In this document: positions 1-13,189 of the stretch, in pieces | Layout: each line of letters starts with the position of its first letter | Numbering within the stretch: position 1 is the first letter of the stretch | Assembly (NCBI GenBank): GCA_014905635.1 | Contig: JABVCE010000025.1 | Location: forward strand, 62,001-126,000 | Length of the DNA stretch: 64,000 bases | Direction: 5' to 3' | DNA from: Scenedesmus sp. PABB004 | Lineage: Eukaryota | Notes under the pieces: generated by a model | The model's input: only the letters and a program-made list of their open reading frames with translations | Told to the model about the DNA's origin: nothing | Database searches by the model: none | Program-made: the position numbers and the translations under genes

Positions 1-201
1 AAGAGACAGCACCGAGCGCCGCCGAGCTCGCCACTGGCTCATCGGAGCTCGGGATCATCTGTCAACCCCCACCCGCACTCGCGGCGAACGCAGCGGGGGC
101 CGGCCAGACCCAACCGCCGCTGCCAGCGCGCGCCGCCGCCTCGCTCCGGCTCGCTCGCCCAGGCGCGAGCGACCTGCGCGCTGACGGGAGCTCGGAGGCC
201 G

Positions 202-2737
202 ATGGAGAGCCCCACCAAGCAAGAGTCCGAGGAGCGGCGGCGCGGCCTGCGTGCGTCGCTCACGGGCGACTCCGCGCCGCTCGGCGGCGGTCGCTTCTTC
301 ACCGCGGCCGCCATCGGCGGCACGGTGCTGCTGCTGGCCGCGGTGCTGGTGCCGGTGCTGGTCACGCAGGTCGGGCCGGGCGGCCGCGGCGGCGGCGCGG
401 CCGCCAACGCGAGTACTGCGAGTGCCGCGGCCGCCGCCGCGAGCCTCGCTGCGGGCCCGCTCGGCGGCGACGCGCCGCCGGCGGCGCCGGCCGACGACGG
501 CGCCGACGACACCGTCGCGGCGGCGGACATCGCCGCCGCGCGCAGCCCGGCAGTGCCGCCGGGCCGAACGCGAGCTGGCCGACCGCGGTCGCGTCGGTGT
601 CGCCCGCCGCGCCCGGCGGCCGGGCGGTGCCGGAGACCTTCCTCGCGACCAGCCACGAGTGGCGCCGCGTCAAGGACTACGGCGGCGCCAACCTGGACGC
701 CTGGGCGGCCATCTTCCGCATGCTCGCGCCCAGCCCCGTGCTGCGCATCGGCGGCGCGAGCCAGGACCTCATGACCGAGGCGCCCGGCGCCGACACGTGG
801 GGCGCGCTCGTCAAGCTGCAGCGCGCGACAAACTGCAGGCGCGCGCGCGCGCGCCGCGCCGCGCCGCGCCGCGCCGGCGCAGGCCCCGCCCGGCACGCGC
901 GGCGCGGCGTTCAAGTTTGCGCCGCGTGGCGCTGAGCCGCCGCGCCCTGCCCGCCGCCGGCGCAGGTTTGTGATCGGGCTGCCGCTGGCGCAGAAGAACG
1001 CGCTGGACCTGAGCAGGGCGATCATGGCGGACGCGCGCGCGAGCCTGGGCGACGCGCTCATCGGCTTTGAGCTCGGCAACGAGGTGCGGCGTGTGTGCGT
1101 TCGCGCGCGCACACCCGAGAGACGGGCACAGCGCGAGCGGCGCCGCGCACGCACGCGCCTCAATCACCCGCCGCTGCTGCCGCCGCCGCCCGCGCTGCGC
1201 GGACCAGCCCGAGTTCTGGCTGCGCGGCATGGGCGGCTGGAGCGAGGACGGCGAGTGGGAGGAGGGGTTCGAGCCCTTTGCCGCATACTTCCACCGCACC
1301 GCGCTCGCGCTCAACCCCTGCAGCGAGCGCAAGAACGTGCTGTCCGGCCCCGGCTGGGGTGCGGTGCCGCCACGCGCGCTGCCGTGCCTCACGCGCGCGC
1401 CCCACGTGCGCGCCGCGCGCGCGCGCCCCCGCCGCGCCCCACGCGCGCGCCGCGGCCGCGCAGGCAACGTCAACACGCAGGACCCGAGCTGGTTCGCCAA
1501 GGTCGTGGCGCAGGGCAGCTGCTACTTGTGGGAGGCCAACACCCACTACTACCCTTACGTCAACAACGAGACCGTCACGCCGCCCGAGCTGCTGGCGCAG
1601 TGGCTGCAGGACTTTGCGGTCGACAAGTTCAAGGCTTACGCCGAGACCGCGGCGCGCGCGGGGCTCGACATCCGCATCAGCGAGACCAACAGCCTGTGCG
1701 CGCGCCGCGCCGCGCCCGCGGCGTGCCGGCCGCTGCCGCGCCGCGCCGACGCCCGCGCCGACGCCCGCGCCGACGCCCGCGCCGCACCGGCGCCCACCGC
1801 GCCGCCGCCGCCGCTGCCGCCGCCGCCGGCGTGCAGGTACGGCGGCGGGCGCAAGGGCCTGAGCGACACCATGGCCGGCACGATGTGGGTGGCCGACGCG
1901 CTCTTCGCGTTTGCGGGCGCCGGCGCGCGCGCGTTCCACCTGCACTGGGGCCGCGGCGGCGACACCAACGGCGACGCGCCGCCGAGCGTCGGCGTGCAGA
2001 CCAACTTCGAGTGGAAGGTGCGGCCTGAGCTCCGCGGCGCGCGCGCGTGGAGCGCAGACGCTCGCCGCTCGGGCGCGGCACCACGCGTATGCGCCGCGCC
2101 GCGCGCGGGGCGCAGGTGCCGGAGGGCGAGCCGCCGCTGCCCTACCCGAGCGTCCACGCGCCGTGGTACGGCTACCTGTTCTGGACCATCGCCACGGCCG
2201 GCGCGTACGGCAAGCCCACCGACGCGGCGCTCGTGCCCGCGAGCGTGGAGCGCTGGGGCGACTGCGACGCCAACATCAAGGCGCGCCGCCGCTGGCACCG
2301 CCGCGCGGGCGGGCCCTGGCCGCAGGGGCGCGCCGCCGCACAGCCCGGGGGGCGGCAGACCGCCCGCCGCCGCGGCCGCGCAGGTGTACGGGCTGCGCGC
2401 GTCTGGCGGCGCCGTGCGCGTCGCGCTGCTGAACAAGGACGCCGCCAAGGGCTGCAACGTCGACGTGCGGCTGGACGCCAAGTTCTGCGCGCCGCACGGC
2501 ACGCTCTTCCGCCTGCTGCCCGGGCCCCAGGGCATGGCCAGCAAGTACGGCATCACGTGGCGCGGGCAGCACTACATGGGCTCCGGCACGACCGGCCGGC
2601 TGCAGGGGCCGATCGAGCAGGCCTACGTGCAGGCCGCGACGTTTGCGGGCAAGCCCTGCTCCTTCACGGTCGGCCTGCCGCCGACGTCGGCCGCGCTGCT
2701 CGTCGTCGCAAAGCCGGGCGGCGGCGAGGCGCAGTAG
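202..2737 (+). CDS. Glycoside hydrolase family 79 (beta-glucuronidase/heparanase-like) with N-terminal membrane anchor
   Basis: Motifs VLRIGG, FELGNE|PEFW (acid/base Glu), HYYP, RISETNS (nucleophile) and GLSDTMAGTMWVAD. Introns 839-965 (GC-AG), 1084-1207, 1359-1463, 1696-1836, 2018-2115, 2281-2383 (GC-AG). Joining the ATG202 frame to the catalytic frame needs either an intron 370-545 or a 2-nt indel near 540. Confidence 0.85.
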
Positions 2738-2953
2738 CGGCGGGCGCGGCGGCCGAGGCCTGCGGAGAGGGCGCGGAGGGAGGGCGGCCGGCGAACTCAA
2801 CCCATCTCTCCGCGGTGCGCGCGCTGTGCGCGCGCGCGAGGGAGTCCCTGCACTTTGCGCGGCAGCGTGCTGCGCGCCAGACGGTGGGCAGGCGCTGCTG
2901 GCGGCCACACGAGCGGGGCCGTCACCGCGCTGCTGGCGTCACCCGGCGGTGCC

Positions 2954-3025
2954 CGGTGGGTTTGCAAGATTGGTCCAGCTGTCGCGGGCGGTGCGGCAGA
3001 GGCAAGCGGTGGGTTTGCAAGATTG
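2954..3025. repeat. 19-bp direct repeat cggtgggtttgcaagattg (x2) between convergent genes
   Basis: Copies at 2954-2972 and 3007-3025, each containing the palindrome TTGCAA. Confidence 0.85.
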
Positions 3026-3073
3026 ATCCGGTTCACTTAGGGGTGTTGCAACGACCACCACGGCCGCCGCAGC

Positions 3074-5070
3074 TCAGCGCTGTCGCGGCTGGCCCGCCGC
3101 CTCGCGCTTGATGCCGCGCAGCGCTGCGGCCTCCAGCTCCTGCGAGTAGCTGCCATAGGCATGATCCAGCCAGTACTGCGCATAGCGCACCGGATGGAGC
3201 AGCTCAGACAACTGCGCCGCCAGCCCGCCCGCGCCTGCGCCCGCGCCGGCGCCGGCACCCTCGGGTGGCGCCGCCCCGCTGCTGGCGGGCTGCTGTTGCT
3301 GCTGCTGCTGCTGCCGCTGCTGCTGCTTGGGCCCCAAAAAGCTGAGCTCGCTCTCAATCTCACTCTTGTCCAGCGGGACAACCTCGGAGCCGCCTGCACG
3401 AGGCGGCGGCGGCGGGCGCGCTCAGCCAGACCTGCGGCGGCGCCCGACCTGCGCTCGCGCTCGGTGCCCGCCGCCGGCACGCCGCGGGCGGTCCACGCGC
3501 GGCGGGGGCTGGCGGGGCCCGCGCCGCCGCCGCGCTCCCCACGCCGCCCGCGCGGCCGCGCGCTGCGCGGCGCGGCGCGCCGCGCACCCTCGGGCGTCCA
3601 CTTGATGAGCGCGACGCGGCCGACGGGCTCGAACAGGAACCTCCCGGGGCTGAGCGGGCTGCCCTCGCCCGCGAGCAGGCCGCGCAGCGAGAGCAGGCCC
3701 TGCACGGCGCCCAGGCCCTTGAGCAGCTCAAAGGTGGGGTCGACCGAGAGCAGCGCGCGCGGGACGGGGTCGTTCTCAAGCACAAAATTCATGACCGCGC
3801 CCTCGTCGGCGAGGCCCAGCGCGGACAGGACGCGGCCGCCGCCGCCGCCGCGCTCGGCGGCCAGCACCGGCGGCGAGCCAAAGGTGTAGGCGCGCCCGGG
3901 CGGCGCGCGCGCGGGGCGCCGCGCCGCGAGCTGGTGCTGCGCGAGCGTCAGCAGCGCCAGCGAGCCGCCTGCGCGGGCGCGGGCGGGCGCGGGCGGGGCG
4001 GCACCGTCGGCACACGGCGCGGACAGCACCACCCCACGGCCAGCCGGCGCGGCGGCGCGGCGGCGCGGCGGCGCGCGCACCGAGGCTGTGCCCCGCGAAG
4101 ACCAGGGGCATGCCCACGTCGTCCGCCTGGTCCAGGTAGGGCCGCAGCTGCTCGCAGTACAGCGCCGCCGCGATGTCAGCCACGCCGCCGTGCGCGACGA
4201 GCGCCGGCGCGCCGCCCGCGCCCGCGCCCGCGCCCGCGCCGGCCGCCGCGCCCGGCCGGGGCGGCGGGAAGGGTGCGGGCCACATGCGCACGAGCGCCTG
4301 GCTGAGCTTTACGCTGTCGATGTCGGGCGCGGCCCACTGCACGCCGCGCATGAACACGAAGCGCTCCCGCACGCCCGACGGCACGTCGCACACGTCGTCG
4401 CCGCCGCCGCCCTCCGCCTCCGAGCCGCCGCCGGCCGCGCCCGCGTCCGCCGCGCGCGCGCCGCCCGGCGCGCCGCCGCGCGCGGTGACGGTGCGCTGCC
4501 GCACGGTCGCGCAGAAGTGCGCGTGCGGAACGACGCCATCGGCGACGTACCTGCAAATGCGGGCGGGGCGCGGCCGCGGGCGTGGGGCGCGGCCAGCGCG
4601 GCGCCGTGGCAGCGGCCCGCGCCTCGGGGGCCGGCCAGCGGGCGGCGAGCCGCCACCGTGCCGCGCTGCGCCGCCGCCGCGCACCAGGCCGTGAACTCGT
4701 TCCGCCCGCTTGCCACAAGCGTGAGCGCGAGGTGCTGCTGCTCGATGCGCTGCTGCAGCTCAGCGGGCAGCAGGTAGCACAGCCCGCTCCACACCGCGAT
4801 CTGGGCGGCGCGGTGGAGCTCGCGCCAGCCCAGCGCGCGCACCGCACGCTCGTGCTGCTCCGCCTGCTGCGCCTGCTGCTGCGCCTGCTGCTGCGCCTGC
4901 TGCTGCGCCTGCTGCTGCGCCTGCTGCTGATCCTGCTGCCCGAGAGCCGCCGTGGTGGTGGTGGCAAAGCCCTGGGCAGCCTGCAGCGGCGGCGCCAGCA
5001 GCCGCCGCCCGGCGGCGCGGGCCGGAAGCAGCAGCGCGCGCCTGCGGCGGCAGTGGCGGCGCCGGGCCAT
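3074..5070 (-). CDS. Class 3 lipase (alpha/beta hydrolase)
   Basis: GHSLG|GSLA nucleophile elbow, RFVFMRG, YTFGSPPV, ENDPVP and DHAYGSY (catalytic His). Introns 4684-4551, 4080-3969, 3587-3394. Confidence 0.85.
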
Positions 5071-5769
5071 GGCGGGGCTTCCAGTGCCGGCTGGAGCTAG
5101 ATCTCGTGCTTTTGCGCGTGTCCCAGGGCCGGCGCGCGTCGCGGCCGCACCTGCTCGCGTTGGGAGACCCAAACGCCCCCATCAGCACCACCCGGGATGC
5201 TCCTGCGGCCGCACAGCGCGCGGGAGCCCGCCGCAGCTGCGCCGCCCACTGCATCGCAGGTGGCGTGAGCCGCAGGAGCCGGCGCGTGCGGCCTCTGCAG
5301 CGGCGGGGGCGGCGCCAGCACCGCACGCCAGCACAGCGCCCCCAGGTGGCGGGCGGGCTGGGGCGCGCGGGCGGCGTGCTGCGGTCGTCGGGACTGGAGC
5401 GGTGGGCAGCCAGGGAACAGGAGCAGCCTCGGCGCGGGCGCGGGCGGCGCAGGGCTCAGCCGCCGCGGTCCGTCACCTCCCGGAGTTCAGTCGCCGCCGC
5501 GCCCCGAGTGCAGTGGCAGTGCCGCCTACCCCTCCGCCCGCACGCCCCGCGCCGACAGCCCGCAAGCGCCTGCCCCTGCCCCGTCTGCGTCGCCCCCTAC
5601 CCCGGGGTGCCTGCATCATGCCTTGGTGGTGTTCGGTGCAACTGCGCGCTCCGGCGGCGCCCGCCCGCGCGGCCACCTTGCGCAGCACCAGCAACAAAGC
5701 CGCCCCTCGCGTGCCCCCTCGTGCGCCCGCCGCGCGCGCCGCCGCCCGCGCCGCGCCGCGCGGCCCCCC

Positions 5770-8700
5770 TCACTGGCCGCCGCCGAGCTTGCGCGCGCGG
5801 TAGAGCTCGCGGCGCTGCACAAAGCTCTTGAGGTTGACCATCGGCGAGAGCAGCAGCAGCGCGAGGCCGCACGCGCCGACGAGCGTGTTGAAGTAGCTCG
5901 CCCAGCCGTACTCCTTGACGATGATGCTCAGCGGGATGCCCGCGTTGGCCGCGCCTGTGGCGCGCGTGCGCGCAAGCGCGGGCGAGCGAGGGCGCGCGGC
6001 GCGGCGGCGCGCGCGGGTTGGCGGCGCGGGGCGAGGCCGCGGGCGCGCGCCGCGCTTCAGGCGCCGCGCCGCGCGCGTGCGCGCGCGCGCGCCGCCCGCG
6101 CGCCGCGCGCACCGAGGTACGCGATCCAGCCGAGGAAGCCCTCGCTCGCGCCGACCGAGTCGGGCCCCACGAGCTCCGCGCCGCAGAGGCCGATGAGCAT
6201 CTGGGGGCCGTAGAGGAAGAAACCGATCATGAACACGTTGGCCCACTGCAGCGCCGCCGCGGACGCGGGGACGGCCTGGAAAGAGAGCAGCGCCGCGGCG
6301 ATGCCGACGGTGTAGGCCATCACGACCTGGGAGGCGGCGCGGGGCGCGATGGGGCGGGGGCGCGGGGGTGTGTGAACGCGCGGCGCGGCGCGGCCGGCCG
6401 GGCGCCGCCGCGCCCCGCGCGCGCTGCCCCGCCCCGCCCGCACCTGCACGCGCTTGCCGACCGCGCCCTCGCCCGGCGCGGCGCGGTTGATGAGCAGGTC
6501 GCTGAGCCGCCCCGCGACGAGCGAGCCGACGAGGCCGCCGAGCTCGAGCCCGCTCACGCGCACCGCCGCCTGCGCCGCGTCGGCGACGCCCTTCTCCTTG
6601 ATGAGGTAGAATACAAACCACGACGTCACGCCCTGCGGCGGCGTGCGTGGGTGTGCGCGTGTGCGGACGGGTGGCGGGCGGGCGGGCGGGCGGGTGAGGG
6701 AGGGGGCGCGGGGGCTCGGGGGTTTAGGTTGGCCAGGGCTCGGGGTTGACCAGGGGCTTAGGCCTCGCGCGGCCGGGGCTGAGCGCGCGGCGCTCGCACA
6801 CCACACCATACCACGCATCACACACACGCAACACACGCAGCACACGCAGCACACGCCGCGCACCTGGCGGACGATGTAGATGAAGAAATAGGTGAGGGCC
6901 ATGCCCCAGATGAAGGGGTTCTTGAGCACGTTGTTCAGCAGCTGCTTCAGCACGTTGGGCTTGGGCTTGGCCACGCCGTCGGCGCTGGGCGCAGGCTTGG
7001 CCGCGACCGGCTCCACCGGGGGATAGCCCAGGTCCTCGGGCTTGTCCTTGCTGCGGCGGCGGCGGCGCGGGTCAGGGCGGGGCGGGGCGCGGGTCGGGTC
7101 GGGGCGGGGCGCGGCGGCGCGGCCGCGAGGGCCACGGCGGCGCGCGGCCGCGAGGGCACGGCGCGCGGGCGGGCGGCGCGCGGGCGAGCAGCGCGCCCCC
7201 CGGGCGCGGCGGCGGCGCACCAGACGAAGAGCACGAACGTGCCGACGACGAGGCCGATGATGCCGGGCGCCCACATCCCCCACTTCCAGCCCATGCTCTT
7301 GGCAAAGCCGCCCGCGATGAGCGGCGCCGCAAAGCCGCCGAGGTTGTGCGCGATGTTCCACATGCCCCAGTACGTCCCGCGCTCCTTGCCCGCAAACCAG
7401 GTCGTCAGGATGCGCGCGCAGCACGGCCCGCCCACGCCCTGCGCGCGGCGGCGGCGGCGGCGCCGCCGCCGCGCGGCAGCGCGCGTGAGCGCGCGTACGC
7501 CGCCGCCCGCCCGCCCGCCGCCGGGTCGGCGCCGCCGGCGCGCCGCGCTGCCCGGCGGGCGCCGCGCCCACCTGCAGCGTGCCGTTGAGCGCCCAGAAGA
7601 AGCAGAACCAGGCGAGGCTGGTGCCGAAGCCAAACGCGATGTTGATCGCCGCGGTCGCCATGAGCCCGCCCGCGAGCAGCACGCTCGGGCTGAAGCGCGC
7701 GCCGAGCACGCCGCTCACAAACTTGGACATGCCGTAGGCAATGGGGAAGATGCTGGTCATCGCGCCGATCTGTGAAAAGCCATTGCAACGGTCACAAGCA
7801 CAGGGGCGCGTCACGAGCCGAGTCGAGGGCGCGCGGGCGGGGCGGGCGGCGGGAGCTCGGCGGGCGGCGGGACAGCGGGGCGCGGGGCGCGCTGGCGGGG
7901 GTTGGGGCTGTTCCGCGCACTAACTGCAGTGAGCGCCGGCGGCGGCGGCGGGCGGCGCGCCTGCGTGATGTCCATGCCGAGCTTTGGGTCGGCGACCATG
8001 ACGGGCGCGGTGTAGGTGAGGCTGTTGCGCGTGAGGTAGTAGCAGGAGTACCTGCGCGGCGGGCGGCGCGGGCGGGGTTTAGGCGCAGCGGCGCGGCGGG
8101 GGCGCAGCGGCGGGGGCGCGGCGCGGCCCGCGTGTCGGCGCGCGGCGCCGGCCGGCAGCGCGGCACGGCCACGCCCGCTGCTGCTGCTGCTGCTGCTGCT
8201 GCTGCCGCCGCTGCCGCCGATGCCGCCGCTGCCGCCGTGCGTGCGCGCAGCCGGGCGGCGGGGCAGGGGCGCTGGCGCGGCGCCACGCCCGCTGCCAGCT
8301 GCTGCTGCCGCTGCTGCCGCTGCTGCTGCTGCCGCTGCTGCTCCGCGCACCCGATGACGATGCCAATGAAGACCAGCAGGCGGCGGCGGATGAACTCGCC
8401 GCTGTACTCGGGCAGCGGCGCGTCCGACGCGGCCTGCGGGCGCGGCGCGCGGTGGCTCGGTGGCTCGGGGGCGCGGCGCGGGCACCCGCGCGCGGGCACC
8501 CGCGCGCGGGCTGCGCGCAGGCGCGAGGCGCAGCTTCCACCCGCGCGCGGCGGCGCCGCCCGGCAGCTGCCGGGCGCACGGCCGCGCGCGCTCACCGCGC
8601 CGCCGGCCGCGCAGGCGACGTCCGGGCGCTGCGCGGGCTGCTGCGCCAGCGGCGCGGCCGGCAGCGGCTGCTGCTGCGGCTGCAGCGGCGCGCCCGCGCG

Positions 8701-8985
8701 CCTGCGGGGCGGGGCGGCGGCAATGCGCGGCCGCGCCGCGTCGGCGCGGGCGGCGGCCACGTCGGCCGGCCCCGGCGGCGGCGGCGCGGCGGCCGGCGGC
8801 CGCCGGGGCCGGGGCAGCGGTTGACTCCGCGGCAGCAGGAAACCCCCGCCGGCCCACCTGGGCTGCCGGGGCCGCGCCAGGGCGAGCGGCGGCGTGGACC
8901 GCAGCAGCGGCATGCTGGCCATTCCACAGCGGGTGGCGCGGGCGCGCAGGGCGCCCCCGCCCGCCTGCAGACGCTGCGACAGCAT
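5770..8985 (-). CDS. uhpC: MFS organophosphate:Pi antiporter, UhpC/GlpT-type hexose-phosphate transporter, probable plastid transit peptide
   Basis: GYSCYYLTRNSL, YGMSKFVSG, WFAGKERGTYWGMWNIAHNLGG, LELGGLVG, IGFFLYGPQMLIGL and SEGFLGWIAYLG. Introns 8595-8434, 8350-8052, 7960-7770 (GC-AG), 7571-7439, 7220-7051, 6863-6633, 6443-6327, 6112-5955. Confidence 0.9.
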
Positions 8986-9512
8986 GGCCGCGATCGAGAC
9001 CGCGCCACGCCGCGCCTGCGGGTCGGGGCACGTCGGCGGGCGCCTGATCACGGAGGGCGCGGCGCGAGACGGCAGCAGGCGATGCGCCCGCGACGCCAGG
9101 CGCGCGCCAGGGCGCCCCAGGTGCCGCGGCCCGCGCGGCAGCTCGCGCCTGACCGCTGCCGTGCGCCAGCGCCGCACCTGGGCTGTAGCGACTGCGTGTA
9201 CGCCGCCTGGCGTCGCGTCTCCGACCTGCGCCCGGCCGGAAGCGGCCTGCCTCGCAGGTGCTAGTCGCGCCGCGGGCGCTGGCGGGCCGAAGGCGCGCTG
9301 GCTGTGCGGGGAGGGCGCCTGCGGAAGCAGCTGAGGCCGCCGGACGCGGCGCGCGGTGGGCCCGATGCGCGCGGCGCTGCGGCGCGAGGGTCCAGCGGGG
9401 CCCCGCTGCGCACGCGCCGCTGCCGCCGCGCCGCGCCGCTCTCGCCGTCAGCGCTCGGCGAGGAGGCCAGTTGCACTGTCCAATGCAAGCCGCCTCGCCG
9501 CGCGCGCCCCGC

Positions 9513-11031
9513 TCAGCCGGCGACGGCCGCCTCCGCCTCTGCCGCCGCGCCGGGCGCGCCGTCCGCCGGCTGGTCCTCCGCCTGCTGCTCGCCCTGCGCC
9601 TGCTGCGTCTCTGCCTGCCCCTGATGCTCCTGCTCCCGCCCCTGCTCCTGCTGCTGCTCCGGCTCCGCCGCCGGCTCCGCCGCCGGCGCCGCCGCCGCGG
9701 CCGGCGCCGCCGCCGCGGCCGGCGCCGCCGGCGGCGCGGCGGCGGCGCCGTCGTCCTCGTCCTCTGCGAGCTTGCGCACGTTGAACCGCGCGAGCTCGCG
9801 GTACCGCGTGACCACGCCGACGGTGCACACGTTGCGCACGAGCTGCACGACGATCGTCTTGGCGGGGGCCTTGAGGTTGACGCGGTGCGGCGGCTGCGGC
9901 ACGGCCTTGGCCATGATGTCGACGACGTCGCCGCGCTTGAGCTTGTCGCACGCGCGGTGCTCAAAGTCGACCGCAAACTCGATGCACGCGCCGCCCTCGC
10001 CTGCGCGGGCGCGGCGGCAGCGGCGGCGGCGCGGCGGCGGCGCGGGCTCTGCGTGGGCGAACGGGCGACGGCCAGCGGCCGGGCCCCCGCGCGGCGCGTG
10101 GTGCGCGCGCGCCGCACCCGCGGGGAAGTGCGCCGCCGCCATCTCGGCCGCCAGGGCGGTGACCTCCTCGGTCGACACGAAGCAGCTGAGGCTCACCGGC
10201 AGCAGGCGCATCACGTGCCGCGCCGGCAGCGACCGCGTCGCGCGCACGTGCGCCGCGATGTCGACGGCGGTCGCCTCGGGGCTGGGGCAGCCTGCCGCGG
10301 CGGGCACGCGCGAGCGCGCGGGCGCTCGGCAGGCGCGAGCGCGCGGGCGCTCGGCAGGCGCGTGCCGCCAGCGCCGCCGCCGCGTTGCGCGGCTCCCCGC
10401 CGCCCCGTGTGCCACCGCCGGCGGGCGGGCTTGCCCGCGCGCTGCGCTCACCCTCCTCCTTGGGAAACTCCACAAACACGGTGCCGCGCACCGCGGTGTC
10501 GTGGCGCTTGAAGCGCGCGGCCTTGCGGTCGTTGAGCTCCGCGACCTCCGCCGCGAGCGCGGCGGCGACGTTGCCGCCGCCCGCGGGCGCGGGGCCCGGC
10601 GCCGCGGCGCTGTCCTTGCCCAGCCGCACAAAGGCCTGCAGCGCGCCGCGGGCGCCGCGTGGGGCGCCGGGAGGGGGACCGCGCGTCGAAGCCAGCGCCG
10701 CCCGCCCGCCGCAGGCCCGCCGCGTGCCTCCCCTGCCCGCCGCACCTCCTCCACCAGGTTGATGAGCTCGTCCGCCGCGCGCCGCTCCTTGCCGGCGTCG
10801 CAGGTGAGGAAGATACCGACCGCGCCCGGCGGGATGGCCTTCTCAGACGCCGGCTTGCCCTGCGCAGGGCGCACGAGCAGCGGCGGCGGCGGCCGCGCCG
10901 GCGCGTGGGCCCACGGGGCGTCCACGCCGGCGCCTCGCCGGCCTGCCCTGTGGCGGTGCCTGCGCGGGCAGGGCTGTCCGACGCACCCCGGTCTGGGTCT
11001 GCCAGTAGCCCTTGGTCTTCTTGTTCGGGCC

Positions 11032-11063
<32 letters not shown>

Positions 11064-11082
11064 GCTTGCGGTTGTCGGACAT
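9513..11082 (-). CDS. THUMPD1: THUMP domain protein (THUMPD1/Tan1-like tRNA acetylation adaptor)
   Basis: GIFLTCDAGKERRA, RHVMRLLPV, HRVNLKAPAKTIVVQLVRNVC and YRELARFNV. Introns 10986-10860, 10745-10636, 10451-10292, 10117-10001. Confidence 0.85.
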
Positions 11083-11506
11083 GGCTGGGCCCGCGCCTGC
11101 GCGTTCCGCCTGGAAAGGTGTGCGCGTTGCGCCGGACTGCGAAGGCCGGGCAGCGCCACGCGACGGCAACGGCGGCGGCGGCGCCGGCAAAAGCGCGATG
11201 ACAGCTCTCTGCCCCGCAATCGGCGCGCCGCGGTGCGCGCCCCAGTCCCGATCCCTGCCGTCGCCGGCGCCCGCGGCATCGCAGCGTGACGGCCGCCGCA
11301 GCAGCAGCTGCTCGAACATCCATCACCGCGAGGCCGACCCCGGGCCCCTGGCGCGCGTCACGCTCCCAGGCGCCGCACGTCAAAGCCAGCGCCGCGCGTC
11401 GCTGGTCACGTCCGCCGGGGCAGGGGCGGCCGCCACCGCCGGCGACGCCGCCGCGCCGCCGCACCGCTCGGCAGCAGCAGCGCCCGCGCAGCGCGCGTGA
11501 GTCGCC

Positions 11507-12667
11507 ATGGGCCCGCGCAAGAACGAGAAGGCAGAGGCCGCCAAGTGCGTGGCGCGGCGGCGGCGGCGGCTCGCAGAGCGGGCTTGGGGCGGACGCGCGG
11601 CGCCGTCGGCGCGCTTGCGGTGCGCGGCCCGGCCGCGCCTCATTACGCCCGCGCCCGACCGCGCCCGGCCTCGCAGGGAGCGCAAGGCGGCGGCAAAGGA
11701 CGAGGCGGGCAAGCAGAAGGCGAAGGCGGAGGAGGACGCCTATTGGCGCGCGCAGGGCGAGGGCGCGAAGACCAAGGTGCGGCGCAGCAGCCTGGCTGCC
11801 GCTCCGCTCCACGCGCCGCGCGCCGCCGCCGGCGCCTCAGCGCGCGCGCGCGCCGGCCGCTGCGCGGCGCGGCGCAGGCGCAGTCCAAGCGCGAGGAGGA
11901 GGAGGCGAAGCGCGCCGAGGCTGCGGCGCGCAAGGCGGAGCTGAAGCGGCTGCAGGAGGCGGAGGAGGCGGCGCTGTCGCGGCCGGCCAAGCCCGCCGCC
12001 AAGGCGAACCGCGTGTCGGGGCCCAAGGTCACGCACCACCAGCTCTCGCAGCAGCGCGAGGCGGACGCGGAGGCGCGCGAGGCGGAGGCGCGCGAGCGGC
12101 AGCTCGCGGCGCGGCGCGAGGTGCGGCGCGGCGCGCCGCGCCCGCCGCGGCGGCGCGCGGGCGGCACCGGGGTCTTCGCCCGCGCGCGTGCGCGCCCGAC
12201 GCGCGCCGCCTCGGCGCGCGGCGCGCAGGTGACGGCCGAGTCGTACTCGCGCCTGGTGGAGGTGGAGAACGCCAACCGCGTGGACGACGCCGTCGACGCG
12301 CGCAGCATGGAGCAGGCGATCGACGCGCTCGGCAGCCTCGGCGTCGGCGCGGCCGAGTCGCCCGCGGTCGACAAGCACCCCGAAAAGTGCGCGGCGGCGC
12401 GCGCGCGCCCGCGCCGCACCCGCCGCGCCGCGCCGGACCGCACCGCGCCACCGCCGCGTCCGCTACGCGCGCCCGCCGCCGACGCCGCTCGCGCCGGCGC
12501 CGCCGCGCAGGCGTGCGCGCGCGGCGTGGAAGGCGTACGAGGAGCACAACCTGCCGCTGCTGCGCATGGAGAAGCCCAACCTCAAGGCCAGCCAGTACCG
12601 CGACCTGCTGTGGAAGGCGTGGCAGAAGGCGCCCGAAAACCCGCTGGTCGCCGCGGGCCGCGTGTGA
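11507..12667 (+). CDS. CCDC124: Coiled-coil domain-containing protein 124 (CCDC124/Lso2-like ribosome-associated factor)
   Basis: NEKAEAAKERKAA, EEDAYW, DKHPEKRARAAWKAYEE and LWKAWQKAPENP. Introns 11545-11676, 11777-11877, 12121-12228, 12387-12510. Confidence 0.9.
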
Positions 12668-13189
12668 GCCGCGCGTGAGCTGAGCCCACGGGGGGCCGCG
12701 GGCGGGCAGCGCGCGGGGACGGGGGCGAGAGTGCGAGGGAGCGCTTCGGGGGGCGCGCGGCGAGAGCGCGGGCGCAGGGGTGGGCGCGTGCACAGCAGCG
12801 GCGGCGGCACTGGGCGCGGGGGTGGGGGCGGACGCCACGGGCCTGGGTTTGCCAGGCTCTGTGGAGCGGGGCGCCAACGACGTCTTAAACAGAGACACCG
12901 CCCCATTTGTGGCACACCCCTGCTGCAAGGGCCAGCCGGCCCGCGAGTCCCGCCAGCAAAACCTGCCAACCAGGCGCGCGCGCGAGCGCCGCCGACCAAA
13001 AACGCATGCGCGGCACCGGCGGGCGGAAACACAGCCGCTGATAAGCCGCTATATTAGAAAAGGGTGTGGCGACCACACCAGCTGCAAATTGGGACCCCCC
13101 CCCATCATCACGGCAGCCCCCTCCCAAAGCTACTTCGCCGCCGCCCAACAGAGATGAGTCCATGGCACGCCCCAGCCGCCTCAGCCGCC

